Source: Octopus bimaculoides
Taxonomy: Eukaryota
NCBI RefSeq assembly: GCF_001194135.2
Contig: NC_068982.1
Span: 190,517,549 to 190,570,886 of the forward strand
Reading direction: 5' to 3'
DNA length: 53,338 nt
Shown here one piece after another: positions 37,330-47,559 of the stretch. The first letter of the stretch is position 1. Each line of letters starts with the position of its first letter. Under the pieces are notes generated by a model. That model did no database searches. It was not told where the DNA came from and saw only the letters and a program-made list of their open reading frames with translations. Made by a program: the position numbers and the translations under genes.

Positions 37330-38918
37330 TTTGCTGCCTGAGAAATTTGTTTGTTTTGTACATGGTACAAAAAATTGTCCACTAGTTGACCTGGCTACAA
37401 ACACAAACTGGAAACTACACCCACCACCACATAAGGCCGCCACCGAGAACAGATACAGGATGGTCACCACTAACACCAACACAGACGTCACAAAAATATT
37501 TCTACTAAATATTGGAGGTCTGTTGCACGGCAACTGTAAAACAAAAATCTTGTTCCTGAGACACCTTGCTGCATGCAGTCAAGCTTTATGCATAGCGCTT
37601 CTGTAAACGCATCTTAGATCTGATATAAGGAATGCAGAAGCACAGATGCCACATGGTGCAGTTGCTGTGTACATCCGAGAGAACCTCGCGCCCCAGGTCC
37701 TGCTGTCATATTGAAATTCAGTCTGACACTCAAATGGTACACATAAGACAACTTAATATTGTCATATGTATTGCATATTGCCCGCTGGATGCTCCAAATA
37801 ATACAGAAAAGTTTGAAGATTGCCTAGCAAAGATACAAGTTTTCACCAAACTGGAACAACACATCAGCATATTCCTTTTGGATGACTTTAACTTCCCCAG
37901 TGTGGGATGGCATGGGGGTCAAGATGCTCCTAGGAATGACACACCACCAGCAAGCACAGGTGGAATCCCTGCTCCACCTTACCAATGCTTCTTTCATGGA
38001 GCAAATTGTGCTGCAACCAACCAGTGGATCTCTGCTTCACAAACAATATGGACACTATCTATAATGTTAATGTGACACCGACGCTGGTCTTGGATCACAA
38101 CATAATAGGGATGTCTATGTACGGACCAAAAGCCTCTGCAGACGTACAGCCTATATGAAGCACTTAAAATCTCTCCAAACTGAATTTTCTTAAAGAAAAC
38201 TGGAAGTTTATTGAGAAAGAGATCCTCAAACAGCATTGGCCGAAATGCCTCTCCGCATCAGACATTGACATGAAACACAAACATTTCATGTCCATAGTGC
38301 AAGCCATATGTGACAAATCTGTTGCAGTGCACAGGGCCAACACATACAAAAACAAGATCCTTAGGGAAAGAAAGATTCTTATGAGACGACGGACAAAGAC
38401 TGCGAACTGCCTGAGCAAACACTCCAAAAGCGGCGAGAAGTCTCGCTTGGTGAGAAGTCTCGCTTGGTGAGAAGTCTCGCTTGGTGAGAAGTCTCGCTTG
38501 GTGAGAAGTCTCGCTTGGTGAGAAGTCTCGCTTGGCGAGAGCGTTGTTGGAGATTGAGAAAAGACTGCATCAATCTCACGAAAAGGAGAGAGCAGATAAG
38601 GAGGCTTGGGTTATAGAAAATAACAAATCGAACCCTAAATCTTTATTTAAGTTTGCTAAAGAAACAGCCTCAGTACACCACAAGATAGGACCCTTCTTCC
38701 AAAAAGATGGCTCCTTCACAGGCAATCCAATGAGGTTAAGTGAAATATTGAACGAACCGTTCCAGAGCGTATTCACTACACCTCTGAGACACAGGTAAGT
38801 GAACAAACCAGCAGAATTCTTTACCATTTTATCTATAACCAAAGGGGCGAATATTTATTATATCGACATTGAAGATGTAACTCTGGCCGTAGATGAGATT
38901 GACAAAAACACAGCTGCT
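37330..38918 (+). mobile_element. CR1-like LINE: ORF1 end, APE endonuclease and linker, decayed
   Basis: FLLNIGGL, A(L)L*THL, GAVAVYI, DDFNFPSVGW, LDHNII endonuclease motifs; ALLEIEKRL..NPKSLFKFAK..SEILNEPFQSVFTTPL, homologous to the 6.6-7.6 kb fragment. Confidence 0.88.
38435..38536 (+). repeat. 6 x 17-bp minisatellite inside the CR1 relic
   Basis: (gagaagtctcgcttggt)x5 + gagaagtctcgcttggc. Confidence 0.98.
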
Positions 38919-38981
38919 ATTTATTTATCTGTGCCTGTCTGTCTATCTATGTATCTATCTATCTATCTATCTATTTATCTG

Positions 38982-39023
<42 letters not shown>

Positions 39024-39207
39024 TATATCTATCTACCTATCTATATAAATATATATATATTAAATTTTGCGCATTAAATTCGCACAGACACCTCATTATC
39101 TTACATTATATTGATATACACTTTTATTATATTGCACATTACGTACATGCATTATAATGCTACTTTTTTAAAATTAGGTACATTTAAATTTCTTTATATA
39201 AATACTT

Positions 39208-39208
<1 letters not shown>

Positions 39209-39238
<30 letters not shown>

Positions 39239-39285
39239 AAGAAGAAGAAGAAGAAGAAGAAGAAGAAGAAGAAGAAGAAGAAGAA
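39209..39285. repeat. (GAA)n microsatellite
   Basis: About 25 perfect units. Confidence 0.97.
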
Positions 39286-39454
39286 TGCGGGAGTGGTATG
39301 ACAGTTGTAGGATGTTGGTGGAATCCTCTTAAATGGTCAAATGACCTAAAAGTGACCTGTTGTGGTTGTAATAGTAGTGATTGGAATTATTCAGAATAAA
39401 TTCATGGGTTGTGACTCTTCTGAATATATCGTTTTTAATATTCGCGTAGGTATT

Positions 39455-39720
39455 ATTCTAAGGCCCTTCTAATAGTGTCATTTGTGGTGGACGCATTCAA
39501 AAGGGGTTTATATTTTGTGATAAAATATGACTGTTTGCTAATGCGCTGACTACAGGTTGCATCGTCCCTGAATTTATAGAGGGGAAAAATTCTAAAGTGG
39601 GGTTGTTTGTTAGTAGCGTAAATGTCGATGTGTTCGTTGAATGCTATTTTTGTGTATTTCCGAATTTTGATCTGAGATCTATGTAGAGCCATTCTTTGAA
39701 GTAGATTGTTTTTGGTTTGG

Positions 39721-39727
<7 letters not shown>
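39455..39727 (-). mobile_element. Penelope-like GIY-YIG endonuclease C-terminal fragment
   Basis: YIGQTKNNLLQRMALHRSQI..EHI..FRIFPLYKF..FITKYKPLLN. Confidence 0.8.
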
Positions 39728-39801
<74 letters not shown>

Positions 39802-40019
39802 GAGAAGGTATTTAAAATATACTTCATAGTGCTCAAGTGATTTGAACTTGAGCAGGTAGAGGAGTAAAGGTAAGGACAAGCAAATTAGGAAGTCAATATA
39901 ATAAACATATTAAATACATTTTATACAAAGAATGTATATATCTATACATATAAAGAAAGTCCAACTTACACAGAATAGAAATGATATCAGGAATTAAGGA
40001 TGTTGAGTAGGAGTTTTAC

Positions 40020-40790
40020 GAGTTTAACACCTGTTTCTGAGCGCTTGATGATCTAAAATAATGCTTTCAACTTGATTCCATCATCGAATGCCACCAGCCT
40101 CCCTCTTCAGGGGAGAATTTTACATTTGAGGTGTTGAAAGAATGGAGATTAAAGATGGAATGATTTTGCGGAGAACTAAGTGTACTAGAAACAGGAGTTG
40201 GGGGTGCTTAGGTAGAGAGTACTGTGAGGAGAAGATAGATTTGTGGTTAGGGTTAATGAGGCTAGTGATAGTAGTAGAGGTGGAAAGTGGGAGAAGGGAG
40301 AAAGGTGGTTTAGGTAGTATATGAAAGATGACCTTTGTGTTGGTTTGTATGAATGCTATAGTGTTTAAGGTTGAGATAGAGAAACAGAGATGATTATTAA
40401 TTGAGGGATTATTAATTGACTGGTTCAGTAGCTGGAAGGTGAGGAGTTGGTCAAAACTCGTTGTGAGTGGGACAAAGGAATTTGGTTGGTTTTGGGGGGG
40501 TTAGGATGAGGTGTTATGGTCAATAGAGAAGTATGGAACTGAATCGACGAGTGTGAGTATGGAGGGGTAGAAGTAGACTGGTTAGTTTTCAAAAGAGTTG
40601 AGTATTGTTAAGTACTTTCAGAGACTGGGCAGGGTGGTGAGGCTAAGAGGGAAGTGTGAAGAATTTCGAAGAAATTGGAGATATGTGTTGGAGAGAGAGT
40701 AGGGGAGGTTAGTATGTTTTAGGTTAGTGGGTAGCAAGGCTCACTTTGTCTTGGTTGATGGATTTTTAGGATATGGAAAGTGATTGTGGG
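40020..40790 (-). mobile_element. Probable Penelope-like 3' region with degenerate hammerhead
   Basis: Strong strand skew; weak ITFHILK..PSTRQSE coding remnant; ctgaaga..gaaac-aggt-gtt at about 40045-40110 (minus). Confidence 0.35.
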
Positions 40791-40886
40791 ATTATATAGA
40801 TTAGGGGAAGTGCGTAATAAATTTCCATACTGTAATAAAACCCTAAACGAAGACAGTTTTGCAACTTACTGTTTAAAAGAATGCTA

Positions 40887-41216
40887 AACACCGAAAGCGC
40901 ATTGCATGCTCCTATCGCTGGTCACTTAGATGCTGCTGTAAAGTGCCCATCTCTGTGAGGAATCTTTATTAAAATCCATGGTGAAAAAGGGGAGCGAGCT
41001 GGCAGAATCGTTAGCACGCCGGACAAAACGTTTAGTTCTGAGTTCAAATTCCTCCGAGGTCGATTTTTACCTTTGATCCTTTCGAAGCCGATAAAATAAG
41101 TCCCATTCTGATCGACTTAACCCCTCCCCCGAATTTGCTGGCCATGAGCTAAAATTGTAAGCCAATATTCATGGCTCAAAGGGTAATTAAATAAAATGAA
41201 ATCTAGATATTGACTG
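40887..41216 (+). repeat. Duplicated block copy 1 (unique flank, SINE A, unique flank)
   Basis: Collinear with 50822-51189, including about 105 bp upstream and about 50 bp downstream of the SINE. Confidence 0.9.
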
Positions 41217-41394
41217 TCAGCTTATAAAATACACATTATTACATTAGCCAGTCGCTGAAATTTGGAATCAGCTGTAAAGCTTAATCAAAGATTATATTTA
41301 TTTATTTGTCAAATATGTTTATACTTATATTTAATGTAGAATGTTTTATTAATGACTTAATGATGTGCAGCGCCTTTTTTTTACATTGGAAAAT

Positions 41395-41800
41395 GACATA
41401 AGATGGTTGCACAGACGATTTCTCATGGTGTCTCCGGTACCACCAGCGTGTACTTATTTTTGTGTACCCGTCTCCACTTCACATTTGTAAACCACATTCG
41501 TTACCATCCAGTTGTTATTAAATTTGCACTCGTTTCTGTCTGCAGTTGCATGTTTTATTATCATTTCCGGTTCTGTAAGCGGAGTTATTATCGGTGCTCG
41601 CATTTGTTCTCCCTCCTGCAAAAGTGCTCTCATTTTTGCGCAGAAATGGATTGCACTACCAATTGTAAGGAGCTGTTTGGATCCGTCTTTGTAATTGATA
41701 AGCTTGTATCATTCTTATTTGTAACTATTCCTTTGTTCTTTATTTTGTTTTGATCTGTAGGCTTTCCGTAAGCCCCGTCTAATTTTGACTTATTGGATTA
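41395..41800 (-). mobile_element. Penelope-like GIY-YIG N-terminal fragment
   Basis: KTCNCRQK..ECKF..TNVVYKCEV..GGTGDTMRNRLCNHLMSF (CxC..C..C, VVYK and H..SF pattern). Confidence 0.75.
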
Positions 41801-42296
41801 TTGCGATTATTGCGATCTCAGCACAGAATAACCCAGAAATCGTGATACACAGATATTGTTTTGAGCTGAGTGGGGGTGCTAGATTCCCTTGTTCAAAAAT
41901 ATAAGGACACAGATCGTGTCGTATAGCCAGCTGGAGACGATGTCTCCTGGGGCTAAATTACAGCAACATTCGTCCTAAACCAGGACTGCCATGTTATGTT
42001 GGCAAACAATCTTTACTCCAAAGTACTGTTGCTGAATATCTCTCATTGTGAGATTTAAAAATAGTAATTTACTAAAATCTTTTCAGTTTTATAAAAAGAT
42101 TAAAAAACATCTGTGTCCATTTACGTCCAATTACGCGGGAGCTCTGAGCAAAATGTTATAATGCATGACCATCGTTGGGGCATAAGTAATGTGTGTGTTA
42201 AGTTTGGTGAGAATCAGTTGAGAATTGTGGAAATGTAAGCGTTAGTCATTATACACACACTGCGATCTATATATACTAGATATATAGATGTATAAG

Positions 42297-42356
<60 letters not shown>

Positions 42357-42711
42357 CGTATGTGCGTGCGTGTGTGTATGTATGTGTGTACATATGCATG
42401 TATGTATGTATGTATGTGCGTATATATTACTAATAACAGTAAACCTTGGATGGAATTTACAAACATTGAAGACGGCACTACGCGCGTTTCCACGAATCAC
42501 ATGTCACTTAAGATAACAGTCCATGTTCCTTAGACAGTGGCCGGCATAATGGAATAGGAACTTTATTTGCATGTTAAAAATATTTCCTGTAAAAAAATTT
42601 AAAGACATATACGTGCATATATAAGAGAAAATTAAGATTCAGTTGGATTAGGTACTTAAGATGAGGTACGAAGTCAGTCAGGTAGTATCCGTCAGATCGA
42701 AGTTAGGTGAA

Positions 42712-42971
42712 TAAAAAGCAGATAAGTAACAAGGATGTCCAGGTATTTGTGCATTACGGCCGTTTCAAGCGGCTCCATTTATTCGATCAATGCAAGCATT
42801 GCATCAGTTTGAAATACACCGCCTTCTTCGGTTGCATAAGATCTTATGCATTCGAAGAAGGCGATGTAATTCTAATTGATGTAATGCTTGCATCGATCCA
42901 ATAAATGGAGCCGCTTGAAACGGCCGTAATGCACACATACCGGGACATACTTGTTAATTATTTGCTTTTTA
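42712..42971. repeat. 260-bp spacerless palindrome (foldback/MITE-like)
   Basis: Two 130-bp arms centred on gcataaga|tcttatgc (42841/42842); 14 mismatches counted; TA at both ends. Confidence 0.95.
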
Positions 42972-43229
42972 TATGTATATATATATATACACACAAATAA
43001 ATATTATATAATGATTTCTTTATTATTTATTTATTGTTTATTGTTTTTATTATTGTTTAGTATATATCATCTGTTTATATGCATATACGTATAATGTGTG
43101 CGTTGTATATATATATGTGGGGGGGGGTGTAACACTTTTTTGAACGAATTCAAGAAGTGCACAATATATAAGAGTTCACATATTTATTTAAAACCAAGTC
43201 CTCTTTCCGTTGCTATTGGCAACTATTGT

Positions 43230-43640
43230 TGACTTATTGTGATATGTGTGTATCTGTGTGCATGAATGTATGTATGTGTATGGGTGTAATTGCTGTATTA
43301 GCGCTCAAGTGGAAGGTTATCTGGTATACAGCAGGTCAGTATGTGATTACACCATACTGTCTTATTTTTACATGTCTTACGAAATTCTTGGCCAGGCATC
43401 GTACACTGTATGAAGGATTTCGGGTCCTCAATGCAACCAAAGTAGAATTCTCTTGCTGGGTAATTTATCTTCGGGTCCTTGGGTTTGCAATGTTTGACAT
43501 TAGATTTGCATACAATGGCGCGATTGTTGATGCAAGCTTTCAGATTGGCACTGAATACGGTGTCGGGAAGACATCTACCTTTCTTCGGGGGATAAGTTTT
43601 ATCACAAATTATGAATCTGGAAATCATCAAAATAAGAGAT
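43230..43640 (-). mobile_element. Penelope-like GIY-YIG fragment
   Basis: KGRCL..IVCKSNV..EFYFGCIEDPKSF..KNKTVWCNHILT: decayed CPLxGxCL / VVYK / FYIG / STxLSNHIW. Confidence 0.65.
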
Positions 43641-43703
43641 AAAATATTTTAAAGAACAACTTTACCATGTATCAGTTTCCAATACTCGCACGTACACACA
43701 CAC

Positions 43704-43745
<42 letters not shown>

Positions 43746-43914
43746 GCGCGCGCAGGCAGACACACACGCACCAAGGCAGGCAGACACAAACACACATGCA
43801 TACACACACATGCATACACACACACATGCATACACACACATGCATACACACACACATGCATGTACGTATATGTGTGTAAATAAATAAATACAAGCATGCA
43901 TATATCTATTCCTT

Positions 43915-44110
43915 TATTCTTTTAAAGATTTCAGTCATTTGACTGCGGCCATACTGGAGCACCGCCTTTAGTCGAGCAAATCGACCTCAAATCTTTCTAA
44001 GCCCAGTAGTTATTCTATCGTCCGTTTTGCCGAACCGCTAAGTAATGGTGACGTAAACACACCAGCATCAGTTATCAAGCGATGTTGAGGAACAAACACA
44101 GACACACAAC
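43915..44110 (-). mobile_element. SINE family B, 3' half
   Basis: tttcagtcatttgactgcggccatactggagcaccgcctttagtcgagcaaatcgacc..ttgccgaaccgctaag. Confidence 0.8.
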
Positions 44111-44574
44111 CATAATTGTATTTGTATGTATGTGCGTACGTACGTATGTACGTTTATGTGTGTGTGTGCGTATGCGTGTGTGTCTGTGTGTATGCATGCA
44201 AGGTAACCCTAACTCTAACCCTCTCCTCCCCATTCCTTCTATCAATTTATTCTGACTGACCACTAACCAGTACCCTTTCCCTCTCTCTCTCTCTCTCCGC
44301 CTTCCATTTCTTTCTTTTTTCATTTCTATTTTCCTCTCTTCCTGTTTTTGATTTGACCATAAAAACATTCCAAACTTTTAAGTCTCTTCAAATAAAACCC
44401 TCGATTCAATAACACTGTTTACAAACTCTATGCTTGGAAGGTACAAGAATCTTATGTGTATACCATTCTGCCTAAATAATGGAACTGAAAATACAATATC
44501 CCTGCATATCTCACGTTTACTTCCATTCCTCCACTTCACTCTCTATTTCGTATCTTATCTATAATAACTATTGC

Positions 44575-44725
44575 TTAACCATTTTCTCACACCGTCTCCG
44601 GTGAAGAGATATATAAAATATCCCGGAAACAACTGTAAGACCTTCTCTTTATAAATGTTCTGAAATCTTTCACAACCTTGGATTTTTATCTAAGATTTTT
44701 ATCTCATTCTGAAAAAAATTTATAT
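44575..44725 (+). mobile_element. Penelope-type terminal repeat, copy 1, with degenerate hammerhead (44594-44642)
   Basis: gtct-CCGGTGA-agagatat.ataaa.atatccc-gGAAAC-aact-GTA-agac; the core box carries two substitutions. Confidence 0.75.
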
Positions 44726-45200
44726 ATATATATATATATATNNNNNNNNNNNNNNNNNNNNNNNNNNNNNNNNNNNNNNNNNNNNNNNNNNNNNNNNNNN
44801 NNNNNNNNNNNNNNNNNNNNNNNNNNNNNNNNNNNNNNNNNNNNNNNNNNNNNNNNNNNNNNNNNNNNNNNNNNNNNNNNNNNNNNNNNNNNNNNNNNNN
44901 NNNNNNNNNNNNNNNNNNNNNNNNNNNNNNNNNNNNNNNNNNNNNNNNNNNNNNNNNNNNNNNNNNNNNNNNNNNNNNNNNNNNNNNNNNNNNNNNNNNN
45001 NNNNNNNNNNNNNNNNNNNNNNNNNNNNNNNNNNNNNNNNNNNNNNNNNNNNNNNNNNNNNNNNNNNNNNNNNNNNNNNNNNNNNNNNNNNNNNNNNNNN
45101 NNNNNNNNNNNNNNNNNNNNNNNNNNNNNNNNNNNNNNNNNNNNNNNNNNNNNNNNNNNNNNNNNNNNNNNNNNNNNNTGGGTCATGCATCAGCATGCAG

Positions 45201-45338
45201 ATATAAATTGACAGAATGAGATATAAAAAAAGACAAGGCAGTAAATAGATTTCATAACATTTATCAAGAAAAGGTCTCACAGCTGTTTCCAGGATATTAT
45301 GTATATCCCTTCATCAGAGACGGTTCGAGAAAATGTTT
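45201..45338 (-). mobile_element. Penelope-type terminal repeat, copy 2, hammerhead at 45274-45323
   Basis: gtct-CTGATGA-agggatat.acata.atatcct-gGAAAC-agct-GTG-agac. Core intact; the triplet is GUG, not NUH. Confidence 0.8.
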
Positions 45339-45366
45339 GAATATTAATTATTGTAAAGAAGATATG

Positions 45367-45498
45367 AAACATTTTCTTGCACCGTCCCTGATGAAGGGAT
45401 ATATAAAATATACCGGAAACAGCTGTACGATTTTTCTTGAGGTATGTTATGAAATCTATTTACTGCCTTTTTTTCTAATTTCATTCTGTCAATTTATA
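45367..45498 (+). mobile_element. Penelope-type terminal repeat, copy 3, inverted relative to copy 2, hammerhead at 45384-45431
   Basis: gtcc-CTGATGA-agggatat.ataaa.atatacc-gGAAAC-agct-GTA-cgat. Core and GUA intact; stem I mismatched. Confidence 0.8.
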
Positions 45499-45639
45499 TA
45501 TATATAAATTGTCATAAAGGATCAGATGTGTTATATATGCCTTGTAAGTAATGACAAGCTCCTCAACTTTCCATTATCCTCTTAGAAGGGGTAACTTCTT
45601 AAAACCGAAAACCTTACCTACTAGCTTTTTTCTATACAA

Positions 45640-46040
45640 GCACAGACATTGGCTGTCTCCAAAAGCTCAAATGATCTTAAATTATGGCAAGCTAAAGAAA
45701 GTTATTTTCCAGAAATTTCGATTTGTCGACTTTAAACTTACTCTCGAAACTAACATAATATCAGTTAATTTCTTAGATGTTCGAAATTATCTTAAGCTTT
45801 AAGAGGATCGAACGCCGGAATCAGTGACATAAACACGGGGTCATGATACCACATTTTCTTAAGAACGTTATAAAGAGAGTCAGTAAAATTATTTCAAATT
45901 TGTGATCCTAGTAAGGAAGTTTTTGATAGGATCCCGCCCTTTTGCTACACGCTCAAAGATATTAGATTCAACGCTGAAATCACTTACATTGCCAACTCGT
46001 AAGTCTGCAAAAGGAAAAGGCATAGAAACCTCAATTAGAA
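45640..46040 (+). mobile_element. Penelope-like RT thumb fragment
   Basis: FKLTLETNIISVNFLDV, INTGS, ISNL..SKEVFD, FNAEITYI..KRKRHRN. Confidence 0.75.
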
Positions 46041-47047
46041 CTCTTCTGAAATCTCGCTAAATGCGAGGCTGGGCATAACTAAAACCCGCTTCAGATTGAC
46101 GTGCAGAGGATATAGAAGATTGCATAATAGGCATGCGCATCAAATTATGATTTGCTGTACTGCAGATATTTAATAGGATATTAATCAGGAGGCCACGCGT
46201 CTAGTAAGCCTGGCCGCTCATGCAGAGATATTTCTACATATCTCTGGAATAGATCCTGCAATTCGAAGTCTATAGACTCAAACGATACAGCTGATCTAAA
46301 GCGCTACATCGGTATGGCGGAAAAAACTGTTGAACTAACGACTTTTTCAACCTTTCTTTTTTTTCATCAGGCACATGCAGCCATGCAATGCAATAAAACT
46401 TACAAACTATGATGTGTTATTGAAAGAGATAAGGGCGGNNNNNNNNNNNNNNNNNNNNNNNNNNNNNNNNNNNNNNNNNNNNNNNNNNNNNNNNNNNNNN
46501 NNNNNNNNNNNNNNNNNNNNNNNNNNNNNNNNNNNNNNNNNNNNNNNNNNNNNNNNNNNNNNNNNNNNNNNNNNNNNNNNNNNNNNNNNNNNNNNNNNNN
46601 NNNNNNNNNNNNNNNNNNNNNNNNNNNNNNNNNNNNNNNNNNNNNNNNNNNNNNNNNNNNNNNNNNNNNNNNNNNNNNNNNNNNNNNNNNNNNNNNNNNN
46701 NNNNNNNNNNNNNNNNNNNNNNNNNNNNNNNNNNNNNNNNNNNNNNNNNNNNNNNNNNNNNNNNNNNNNNNNNNNNNNNNNNNNNNNNNNNNNNNNNNNN
46801 NNNNNNNNNNNNNNNNNNNNNNNNNNNNNNNNNNNNAAGGATGGAGTCGATGCACGTGTGGTATCCCTGATAAAAATAGTAAATAAACATCCCTCAAATT
46901 ACACCACTTCGGAGAAAATACAAACCAAACAATGTAAAACCCCAGTGAGATGCACATAAATCGGGATGGGCATGACTGGATTACCTCTAATTAAAGGTTT
47001 GCACGAACGAAAGAATAAACGCAAGAAAAAGACTGTAATGTACTTAC

Positions 47048-47345
47048 GAACTGTCATCTCCGGGATACGGAAGATAATCGCATGTCTTACTCTTTAAATC
47101 ACAAGAATTACTAATTTTTAAAAGTTCCGTCGTTTGGCGAGCCGATGCGGGTGGTTTACAATGTTCAGCAGGAATGATGTTACAACTTCTGCTAGCGCTA
47201 TCAAACAGTCTGTTGTTCGGGCATATTCCAACACAACCGACCATTATGTCACTGCAGACAACGAATCTACGAGGATCCGAGGCATCGTGTTGCACAAGGA
47301 TCTTTTGCTGGAGTGCCTGACGATTACACAGCAGATGGATTTTAG
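47048..47345 (-). CDS. Internal coding exon: chitin-binding type-2 (peritrophin-A/CBM14-like) domain plus start of a second domain
   Basis: Acceptor tactttctgcttcttctag| (AG at 47347-47346) and donor TC|GTAAGTA (GT at 47047-47046). 298 nt, phase 1 in and phase 2 out (2+294+2), open throughout. Translation (x)KIHLLCNRQALQQKILVQHDASDPRRFVVCSDIMVGCVGICPNNRLFDSASRSCNIIPAEHCKPPASARQTTELLKISNSCDLKSKTCDYLPYPGDDS(S). C-x10-CP-x4-FD, C-x12-C and C-x7-C match ChtBD2 spacing; YLPYPGD resembles the start of the next domain. Confidence 0.8.
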
Positions 47346-47559
47346 CTAGAAGAAGCAGAAAGTACACTCAGGGTTAATGAGGCGAGCGCTAGAAGAAGAA
47401 AACAGCAAATTTAAATCATCCGAGATACCACGTAGATAAATCAAGCCTGAGGCATTACGACTGGGAAGCAACCTTCTTAAACACTGACTGCTGTTGTTAC
47501 GAGGTAGCAGTACTATGACACCGAACATCAACTGCCACTACTTAAACTTGTAGTTGGGA

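Noticed and set aside
38435-38536. CRISPR-like regular repeat
   Set aside because: The units are contiguous with no spacers, and the context is eukaryotic; it is a minisatellite.
47346-47420. Signal-peptide-like frame (MI*ICCFLLLALASLTLSVLSASSS*) just upstream of the chitin-binding exon
   Set aside because: Would need both a stop read-through and a frameshift. Pyrimidine tracts naturally translate to L/F/S, so the 47346 acceptor is the simpler explanation.
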